Below are positions 8,631 to 14,855 of a DNA stretch of 14,855 nucleotides, one piece after another. Position numbers and translations under genes: made by a program. Position 1 is the stretch's first letter. Each line of letters starts with the position of its first letter. The notes beneath the pieces are model-generated. The model was not told the DNA's origin, ran no database searches, and saw only the letters and a program-made list of their open reading frames with translations. Location: NCBI GenBank assembly GCA_016839515.1, contig JAEOUE010000033.1, forward strand, positions 1 through 14,855, written 5' to 3'. This DNA is from Candidatus Hodarchaeum mangrovi. Lineage in GTDB: Archaea > Asgardarchaeota > Heimdallarchaeia > Hodarchaeales > Hodarchaeaceae.

Positions 8631-9437
8631 ATGAAATCATTTTACTTTGAGGAATATAATGCATTAGTGAGCTACTACGATCTAGGAGAGAGTGAGAATA
8701 TTCTTGTATATCTTCCAGGTCTCAATTCTCCAGCTATGCCTCTTTTTGCTGAAATGGTTTATCATCCTTTGCTTTCTGGATATCGCTCTATCTTGATTGA
8801 TTACTTTGGTTGTGGGATGAGTGAATCTCCTGTAAGTTTTAATTATAACATGGAATCCCACGCTAAGGTAGTTTTAAAAATTTTGGACCATGAAAACATC
8901 TCTTCTTGTATGGTTTTTGGTCAAAGCATGGGAGGCACCGTGGCGATCTATTTAGCTGATTTAAGACCTGGGTTGGTCACAAAGTTGACGTTGGCTGAAA
9001 GTAACCTCTTTCCTGGAGGAGGAATTAATACCAAATGGATTACCAGCTTTTCTGAAAAGGTTTGGATTGAGAATGAATATCCTAGATACATTAAAGAATT
9101 AAAAAAGCAAGCTCACGAAGGGGATCCCTTAAGTATTTTAATAAATGCTCTCTGGAGAGATGCTGATCCGCGTGGTATCTATTTGAGTGCATTATCATTA
9201 GTGACTCTTCCTAGCACGTTCCATATGAAGTTCTATAAAATGAAAATTCCAAGGTACTTTATCTATGGGGAGGAAGATTTTCCCAAACGACCTTTAGAGG
9301 CCACTCCAGACACTCCTAATCCAGAAGAATTGCGAAAATATGGAATAGTACCAATTGTTTTAGCTAATTCTGGCCATTTTATGCAAATAGATAACTTACA
9401 GGGTTTTATTGACGCTTTACATAATTGTATATCATAG
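8631..9437 (+). CDS. Alpha/beta-fold hydrolase
   Basis: Oxyanion region YLPGL, D-x-x-G-x-G-x-S (DYFGCGMS), nucleophile elbow GQSMGG, catalytic His in SGHFM. ATG8631 is the likelier start than TTG8583. Confidence 0.9.
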   Translation: MKSFYFEEYNALVSYYDLGESENILVYLPGLNSPAMPLFAEMVYHPLLSGYRSILIDYFGCGMSESPVSFNYNMESHAKVVLKILDHENISSCMVFGQSMGGTVAIYLADLRPGLVTKLTLAESNLFPGGGINTKWITSFSEKVWIENEYPRYIKELKKQAHEGDPLSILINALWRDADPRGIYLSALSLVTLPSTFHMKFYKMKIPRYFIYGEEDFPKRPLEATPDTPNPEELRKYGIVPIVLANSGHFMQIDNLQGFIDALHNCIS

Positions 9438-9640
9438 AATCTTAAGGAATAGACGTTACAAATTATGATTTATCCTTTTGTATGATAAAATTAAGAGTCT
9501 TCCTCATAGGGTAGTAAGAAGAGCATTTCATTTACCTCATTGTTTATCTCCAAAAAATTTTTCCATCCTAGTTATAAGAAGAGTATCTTGGATCTTTGGC
9601 AATGTAGGAACTGAAGAGTCAATATTTTTAACACAGAACT

Positions 9641-10060
9641 TTATGGGGAAGTTTGAGAGCCAGAATCAGAGTGAATGTGAATATGAATATCCGTTGATTT
9701 ACACCTCTCGCAATCTTGAACAGAAGATGATTCTTCAAATTTCCATGTGTGTCCACATTTATCACAATGGAAAAAATCTACTTGATTAGCAATCCGAATC
9801 GCAAACCCCAATACTAAAGCTTTAGCAATCTTTCGATGGGCCTCTTCAAGATGTCTTGAAACTGAGGATTGTGAAATACCCATTTCTTTACCAGCTTCCT
9901 CTTGTGACAAACCTTCCATATCAGATAAACGAATTGCTTCAAGCTCTTCAAGAGTAATAGATACAACACCAGCAATATCTTTTAAAGGAATTCCACGTGG
10001 TTTAAAATATGGATGTTCAGGATCACACTTAATAATTCTTGAACTTCTTGGACGTGGTAT
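9641..10060 (-). CDS. DUF134 (UPF0251) family HTH DNA-binding protein with a C-terminal Zn-ribbon; probable ATA start
   Basis: The frame extends 47 codons upstream of ATG9919: (M)PRPRSSRIIKCDPEHPYFKPRGIP...TLEELEAIRLSDMEGLSQEEAGKEMGISQSSVSRHLEEAHRKIAKALVLG, the canonical DUF134 pattern. C-terminal CDKC...CERC and HIHIH. SD GGAGTGA is 6 nt before ATA10060. Confidence 0.88.
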   Translation of the reverse strand: MPRPRSSRIIKCDPEHPYFKPRGIPLKDIAGVVSITLEELEAIRLSDMEGLSQEEAGKEMGISQSSVSRHLEEAHRKIAKALVLGFAIRIANQVDFFHCDKCGHTWKFEESSSVQDCERCKSTDIHIHIHSDSGSQTSP

Positions 10061-10203
10061 TTTTTTTCACTCCATTTCTAATAAACATTTATTTTTAGTT
10101 TTAGCTGTTTTTTAAACTTTTTAGATGCTAAAGGGGTCAATTTCGAATGCTATTTCAAGTATATAAAAAAAGGAGTGAGAGGTTATTTAATTTTATTGGT
10201 AAA

Positions 10204-10695
10204 TTATTTTATCTTTAATCGCCATTGTAATCCAGATTCGCCGTTGAAATTGTTAATAATCGGACAATGCTTCCATACCTGTTCCATAAGCTCATCTACT
10301 TTTTCCTTTGGTGCTGAAGTTTTAAGTTCAACAATTGGCTCTAGTTTATCATACATTCCCTTATAGTTTGCATCATCAGTCCCAAAAATACCAGCTAAGT
10401 TTATATGACCTCGTGAGAAGACTTTAATATTATCAATAGGGACATCTAAAATATGACTCCAAAATTTAGTTACAGCACCAATGCAAGCTCCTATAGTAGC
10501 AAGAATCCCTAGGAGCGGCGAGGGACCGAGGTCGTTTCCTCCAAGTCCTGGAGGGGCATCAAAAATAGATTGAAAATCTTCTCCCATTTTAGCTAGGAAG
10601 CTTCCATCAGGTTGAGATTCTACAATGACATTGAAGTTTTTCTCCCCAATGGAAAGATCTGCTTTTACTGCTTCATAAGTTTCTTTAAATCCCAT
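10204..10695 (-). CDS. OsmC/Ohr-like protein (thiol-dependent redox protein)
   Basis: DAPPGLGGNDLGPSP..GILATIGAC and a second Cys in KHCP, the two-Cys OsmC-family pattern. ATG10695 follows AAGTGA. Confidence 0.88.
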   Translation of the reverse strand: MGFKETYEAVKADLSIGEKNFNVIVESQPDGSFLAKMGEDFQSIFDAPPGLGGNDLGPSPLLGILATIGACIGAVTKFWSHILDVPIDNIKVFSRGHINLAGIFGTDDANYKGMYDKLEPIVELKTSAPKEKVDELMEQVWKHCPIINNFNGESGLQWRLKIK

Positions 10696-10824
10696 TATTA
10701 TCACTTTAATATTCCATTTTGGTATTCTTTTATCCTATTTTGTATGAAAAGGGGCAAATTTTCTATTTTTTCATTCGAATTCTACCCTTAATATTTGAGT
10801 ACGGATAGTTGAATCCATATTTTA

Positions 10825-10846
10825 TTTTTGCATATATATTCATAAA
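10825..10846. promoter_or_regulatory. Imperfect 22-bp palindrome TTTTTGCATATATATTCATAAA in the divergent intergenic region; candidate operator
   Basis: 18/22 positions match its own reverse complement. It lies between osmC-DUF134 (minus) and the DUF134-like/NifX/ATPase operon (plus). Confidence 0.5.
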
Positions 10847-10857
10847 GTTTTTGAATA

Positions 10858-11328
10858 ATGATGCAAAATAGCTTCATGAATTTGATAGAATTGGCATTTA
10901 GAATAAGAGGAGAAATTCCACGAACAACATGCACTGATTCCAATTTTCCGTGTTTTAAACAGCAAGATATCCCATTTTTAGAAATTGATATTGAGATACT
11001 AATTACTCTTCATGAGGCAGAGACCCTTCGTCTAGCTGACTTGGAGGGTTTGTTACAACGAAAAGTAGGAGAAATGATGAACATTTCAAAATCAATAATT
11101 TTCCAATACATTGAAGAAGCCTATCAGCAAACTATCAAAATTGTGGTTCATGGATTAGCATCCAATCAAATATTTTTTTTTCATTTGGAAAAATCTGGGT
11201 ATACATGGCCATTTCCTGATGATATTATTTGCGTTCAGAAGAGTGAAAATTGTGAATTTAATGGAGTTCATCCTAATTTTCATTTAAGAAGCGAATCAAA
11301 TTCTGTTTTTAATATAAATTTTATATGA
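10858..11328 (+). CDS. Divergent or degenerate DUF134 paralog that has lost its Zn-ribbon cysteines
   Basis: PCFKQQDIP...ITLHEAETLRLADLEGLLQRKVGEMMNISKS...IEEA aligns with the intact DUF134 at 9641..10060. FFHCDKCGHTW becomes FFHLEKSGYTW and DCERC becomes KSENC. Start position uncertain. Confidence 0.7.
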   Translation: MMQNSFMNLIELAFRIRGEIPRTTCTDSNFPCFKQQDIPFLEIDIEILITLHEAETLRLADLEGLLQRKVGEMMNISKSIIFQYIEEAYQQTIKIVVHGLASNQIFFFHLEKSGYTWPFPDDIICVQKSENCEFNGVHPNFHLRSESNSVFNINFI

Positions 11329-11337
11329 GGTGTTAAA

Positions 11338-11757
11338 ATGAAAATTGGTTTACCATCGAATGGAGCTGATCTTTTACAACCTTTTTCTCACATATTTGGA
11401 CGATGTTCATACTTTATAATTTATGATATAAAGGAACAAAAAGTAGATCAGGTTCTTCCTAATGCGGCTCAGAACGCTGCTGGAGGCGCTGGGATACAAG
11501 CAGCTCAATTAATGATTGATAATCATGTGAAAACAGTTATAGCTCCTCAAATAGGTCCAAAAGCATGGAATGTTTTAAATAATGCTGGAATAAAGGTTTA
11601 TACAGGAATTGGTGGTTCAATTCAGCAGAATATCGATGCATTTCTAGATGAACAATTAACCGAGATAAACTCAGTCCAGGATTTTAATTCAGGTTTAGAA
11701 CGTGGTATAGGCCATCGTATAAACCAAGGTCAGGGAAAAAGACAGAGGAATTTTTAG
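11338..11757 (+). CDS. NifB/NifX family (dinitrogenase FeMo-cofactor / MTH1175 / orange-protein-like) protein
   Basis: MKIGLPS, FGRCSYF, N...AGGAGIQAAQ, IGPKA...L..AGIKVY, and a Gly/Arg-containing tail. SD GAGGTG overlaps the upstream stop. Confidence 0.92.
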   Translation: MKIGLPSNGADLLQPFSHIFGRCSYFIIYDIKEQKVDQVLPNAAQNAAGGAGIQAAQLMIDNHVKTVIAPQIGPKAWNVLNNAGIKVYTGIGGSIQQNIDAFLDEQLTEINSVQDFNSGLERGIGHRINQGQGKRQRNF

Positions 11758-11782
11758 AAGATATAAATCGAGGTAAGGAAAA

Positions 11783-12181
11783 ATGCGATTATGTATTCCT
11801 TCACAAGCAAAAGGTGGGCTAGATGATCAAGTCGGATACCATTTTGGACGGGTACCAAGTTATACTATATTTGATGACAGTAATAACGAGGTTGAAATTA
11901 TTGAAAATTTCTCTACCCATCGAGGAGGAACTGAGCTACCAGCAAGGCTTCTTCGTGAATATAATGTAGATATTATGATCTGTGGTGGAATTGGACATCG
12001 GGCAATTCAATTGTTTGAGCAATTTGGGATTGAAATTTATGTTGGAGCTCAGGGAACTGTTAAAGAGGCTATTGAACAATATAATACCCATAAGCTGAAA
12101 ATAGCTACCGATAAAGAGGCTTGCCAACAACATAAATACCAAGGAGAAGGTACAGGACATGGAAATGAGCATCATAATTAG
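11783..12181 (+). CDS. NifB/NifX family protein with a His/Cys-rich C-terminus
   Basis: MRLCIPS, HFGRVPSY, CGGIGHRA...FEQFGIEIY, GTVKEAI, tail ACQQH...GHGNEHHN. SD GAGGT/AAGGA upstream. Confidence 0.92.
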   Translation: MRLCIPSQAKGGLDDQVGYHFGRVPSYTIFDDSNNEVEIIENFSTHRGGTELPARLLREYNVDIMICGGIGHRAIQLFEQFGIEIYVGAQGTVKEAIEQYNTHKLKIATDKEACQQHKYQGEGTGHGNEHHN

Positions 12182-12192
12182 GGGGTAAATTT

Positions 12193-13059
12193 ACGATTAT
12201 TTGTGTGGCTTCTGGGAAAGGAGGGACTGGAAAAACTACAATTGCGGTAAATCTAGCCCTTTATCTAGCAGAAACAAATAAAGTAGCTTTATTTGACTTA
12301 GATGTTGAGGAACCTAATGATAACCTCTTTCTTCAGTGTTCAATGGTTCATTATTTACATGTGGATATTTTAAGACCTATGGTGAACACAACAGCTTGTA
12401 CATATTGCGGACTTTGTGCTAACCTATGTGAATTTAATGCTCTAGCTGTTCTTCCTCAGCAAGTCATGATCTTTAGTGAATTATGCCATGGATGTGGATT
12501 ATGTACATTAGCATGTCCTACTAATGCAATAACAGAGAAATCTCATAGATTGGGAACAATTGAAAAAAATAAAAACCATTTATCGAATATTTCTGAAAAT
12601 TTAAGTTTCTATGAGGGCACCTTAAGAGTAGGAGAAGCTCTAGCTACTCCAATTATACGTGAAATGAAGAAAATTGCTTTCAAAGAAACCACTGATCACA
12701 TAATCCTAGATTTACCACCTGGATCAGCATGTCCAGTCATTGAAGCACTTTCAGGAACTGATTTTGTTATTCTCGTGACAGAACCTACCCCTGCAGGGGA
12801 ACATGATTTAAAAATTGCAATAGAAGTTGTAAAAAAGCTTAAAATTCCCTTTGGGATAGTTAATAATCGTTCTAATGTCGGAGATAATCGTATTATCCGA
12901 TTGGTGGAAAAAAATGAGTATAATTTATTATCAGAAATACCTCACGACAATGAAATTTTGTATTTATATTCTCATGGGCTTCCACTTATTGGATCAAGTA
13001 AGAAATTCGATTCAATTTTCGGGAAACTATGGAAACATATTTGGCAGGCAAGAAATTGA
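12193..13059 (+). CDS. MinD/Mrp-like P-loop ATPase with two 4Fe-4S ferredoxin motifs; probable ACG start
   Basis: Deviant Walker A SGKGGTGKT, DLDVEEPN, CTYCGLCANLC and CHGCGLCTLACP, DLPPGSACP, VTEPTP.G.HDL. The frame reads ACG-ATT-ATT-TGT-GTG-GCT = (M)IICVASGKGG, with SD AGGGGGT 6 nt upstream. Confidence 0.92.
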   Translation, partial: TIICVASGKGGTGKTTIAVNLALYLAETNKVALFDLDVEEPNDNLFLQCSMVHYLHVDILRPMVNTTACTYCGLCANLCEFNALAVLPQQVMIFSELCHGCGLCTLACPTNAITEKSHRLGTIEKNKNHLSNISENLSFYEGTLRVGEALATPIIREMKKIAFKETTDHIILDLPPGSACPVIEALSGTDFVILVTEPTPAGEHDLKIAIEVVKKLKIPFGIVNNRSNVGDNRIIRLVEKNEYNLLSEIPHDNEILYLYSHGLPLIGSSKKFDSIFGKLWKHIWQARN

Positions 13060-13946
13060 CAAGAAGAGCGTTGAAACAAATTACGATTCTATCTGGGAAA
13101 GGAGGGACTGGAAAAACAACTATTGTTGCAGTACTCGCCCAATTATCATCTCCAATTTCATTGATGGCAGATTGTGATGTGGATGCACCAGATCTTCATT
13201 TATTACTAAATCCTAAAAATATTTCTTCAGAGCGATTTCTAAGTGGCAAATTAGCAATAAAAGATGGTTTTAAATGTGTCAATTGCGGAAAATGCTTTGA
13301 AGTTTGTCATTTTGATGCAATCACGACCGATTACGAAATTAATGCATTCAAATGTGAAGGTTGTGGTGCTTGTATTTGGATTTGTCCTACTAAGGCAATA
13401 AATATAGAAACAAAACTTTCAGGGATGATATATGAAGCTAAAACAAGATTTGGTCCCTTTATTCATGCACTTTTAGACATTGGTGCAGAGAATTCAGGAA
13501 AATTAGTAACTGAAGTGATTCAAAAGAGTCATATAAAAGCTAATCAACTTAATAAAGAACTCATAGTTGTTGATGGAAGTCCTGGTATTGGTTGTCCAGT
13601 AATTGCTGCTTTGAAAAATGCGACTCTAGTCATTATTGTGGTTGAACCGACAATAACTGCTATTCACGATATGAAAAGAACAATCGATCTTGTTCGGTTT
13701 TTTAATATACCTATAGCAGTTATTATTAACAAAGCAAGTATAAATAAAGAACAACGAAGTATTATTATTGAATTTTGCAGAAAAGAAGCTATCCCCATAT
13801 TAGGGGAGATTCCTTACAATTTAGAAATCTACACTGCAATGGTCAATGGGAAAACTCTTTTAGAACAAAATATTGGCGAGTTGAAAACACCATTAAATGA
13901 GATGTGGATAAAAATTAAGGATCTGATACATTTGAAAGGAAAGTGA
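13056..13946 (+). CDS. Second MinD/Mrp-like P-loop ATPase with two 4Fe-4S motifs
   Basis: KQITILSGKGGTGKT, DCDVDAPDL, CVNCGKCFEVC and CEGCGACIWICP, SGKLV, DGSPGIGCP, EPT..AIHD. Start is TTG13056 (TTGA overlap with the upstream stop) or TTG13071, rather than ATG13029. Confidence 0.92.
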   Translation: MTRRALKQITILSGKGGTGKTTIVAVLAQLSSPISLMADCDVDAPDLHLLLNPKNISSERFLSGKLAIKDGFKCVNCGKCFEVCHFDAITTDYEINAFKCEGCGACIWICPTKAINIETKLSGMIYEAKTRFGPFIHALLDIGAENSGKLVTEVIQKSHIKANQLNKELIVVDGSPGIGCPVIAALKNATLVIIVVEPTITAIHDMKRTIDLVRFFNIPIAVIINKASINKEQRSIIIEFCRKEAIPILGEIPYNLEIYTAMVNGKTLLEQNIGELKTPLNEMWIKIKDLIHLKGK

Positions 13947-13989
13947 ATAATTTCGTTCAAAGAATTCCTAAGAGAAAATGTGAGGCACA

Positions 13990-14733
13990 ATGCTTATATT
14001 ATGGATTATATCATTTAGTCTGTTAGGGAGTGTCGGAGCTATTTTCACAGCAGCGATCTTTTTACGAATTGGAGAACAGATTCAGGAAATCCTTGTACCC
14101 AGCTTAATTGCTTATGCTAGTGGAACTCTTCTCACTGTAGCCTTAATGGGCCTAATACCACACGCTATTGAACACACAGATTCCCATACGATTCTAATAA
14201 CAGTATTAATGGGTATCATTCTATTTTTTATTCTCGAAAAAATTATTATCTGGCGACACTGTCATGAGACGGAGTGTAGAACTCATGGAACAGTGGCATC
14301 TATGATTCTCATCGGAGATGCTTTTCACAATGCTGCTGATGGTGTTATCATTGCGACAAGTTTCTTGGTTTCTATACCTATTGGTATTACTACAGCTATT
14401 TCAGTAATCGCTCATGAAATCCCTCAAGAAGTTGGAGATTTTGCTATTTTACTTAATGCAGGTTATTCAAGAAAGAAAGCTTTATTGATGAATACTCTGT
14501 CTAGTTTGAGTACCTTACCAGTAGCAATCTTAGCTTACTATGGTTTGGTTATTATCAATGATGCTATTCCTTATGCTATGGCAATTGCAGCTGCGAGTTT
14601 TCTTTATATTTCTCTTACAGATCTATACCCAGAACTTCATCAAAGGGGGGGATTTTGGTATGAAATCAGACAATTCTTCTTTATGGTACTGGGAGTTGGA
14701 ATGATGCTTTTTCTTTTACAATTCCACCATTAA
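13990..14733 (+). CDS. ZIP family divalent metal (Zn/Fe/Mn) transporter
   Basis: About eight TMs, GDAFHNAADG (TM4), AHEIPQEVGDF (TM5), loop HCHETECRTH, FLYI...DLYPELH. SD GAGG upstream. Confidence 0.93.
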   Translation: MLILWIISFSLLGSVGAIFTAAIFLRIGEQIQEILVPSLIAYASGTLLTVALMGLIPHAIEHTDSHTILITVLMGIILFFILEKIIIWRHCHETECRTHGTVASMILIGDAFHNAADGVIIATSFLVSIPIGITTAISVIAHEIPQEVGDFAILLNAGYSRKKALLMNTLSSLSTLPVAILAYYGLVIINDAIPYAMAIAAASFLYISLTDLYPELHQRGGFWYEIRQFFFMVLGVGMMLFLLQFHH

Positions 14734-14743
14734 TAAGATTCTT

Positions 14744-14771
14744 AACATTCTATTACTTAATAGAAGATGTT
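14744..14771. terminator. Inverted repeat AACA-TTCTATTA-CT-TAATAGAA-GA-TGTT just downstream of the ZIP gene
   Basis: Perfect 8-bp arms at 14748-14755 and 14758-14765, with a 4-bp extension. Could be a terminator or a protein-binding site. Confidence 0.35.
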
Positions 14772-14855
14772 GAACTATCTCTTTCTGATATAGAAAAAGA
14801 GGACATAATAACTCCAATGTATAAAGGATGTCAAATCAGTCCATAAATTCCATCA

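Noticed and set aside
9511-9586. Imperfect direct repeat GTAGTAAGAAGAGCAT / GTTATAAGAAGAGTAT, 60 nt apart, as a mini-CRISPR or operator pair
   Set aside because: Only two copies, 13/16 identity, low complexity, no cas genes.
9478-9789. 103-aa plus-strand ORF
   Set aside because: Overlaps the DUF134 3' end in antisense, TTG start without SD, no recognisable motif.
10175-10366. 63-aa plus-strand ORF
   Set aside because: Antisense to the OsmC-like gene; shadow ORF.
10204-10780. Possible selenoprotein (OsmC-like) or SECIS, prompted by ATGAAAA...TTTTCAT at 10744-10774
   Set aside because: Both OsmC catalytic positions are ordinary Cys codons, no gene has an in-frame TGA at a Cys-equivalent site, and the inner stem does not pair convincingly.
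11936-12175. 79-aa minus-strand ORF
   Set aside because: Antisense to the second NifB/NifX gene; shadow ORF.
12875-13177. 100-aa plus-strand alternative-frame ORF
   Set aside because: Overlaps both conserved ATPase genes out of frame.
11338-13946. Nitrogen fixation or MinCDE division genes
   Set aside because: No nifHDK or minC/minE in the window. Stand-alone NifB/NifX domains and ferredoxin-containing MinD-like ATPases are widespread in non-diazotrophic anaerobes.

Overview
AT-rich prokaryotic window, most likely archaeal. This rests on GGAGG/AGGTGA/GGTGAT-type Shine-Dalgarno sites, TTTATATA-like boxes, and an archaeal-style DppC with a large glycosylation-sequon-rich extracellular insert. 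An Asgard/Heimdall-like origin is only a stylistic guess. Left half: the 3' part of a multi-pass membrane protein gene, then a split Dpp/Opp peptide/nickel-family ABC transporter. dppC-dppD-dppF plus an unknown protein lie on the minus strand; dppB plus a 4-TM protein lie on the plus strand; a LEA_2/WHy-like gene and a small membrane gene sit between them, and no substrate-binding protein is present in the window. DppC carries a ~185-aa CBM4/9-like domain. Middle: an unannotated remnant of an acyltransferase-3 (MdoC/OpgC-like) gene and an alpha/beta hydrolase. Right half: an 'orange protein' (Orp)-like Fe-S/metal locus arranged around a palindromic site. Minus strand: OsmC-like protein and a DUF134 HTH-Zn-ribbon regulator. 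Plus strand: a degenerate DUF134 paralog, two NifB/NifX (MTH1175-like) proteins, two MinD/Mrp-like ATPases each with two [4Fe-4S] motifs, and a ZIP transporter. Two genes of this locus appear to start at non-canonical codons (ATA, ACG) behind good SD sites, which the ORF track missed.
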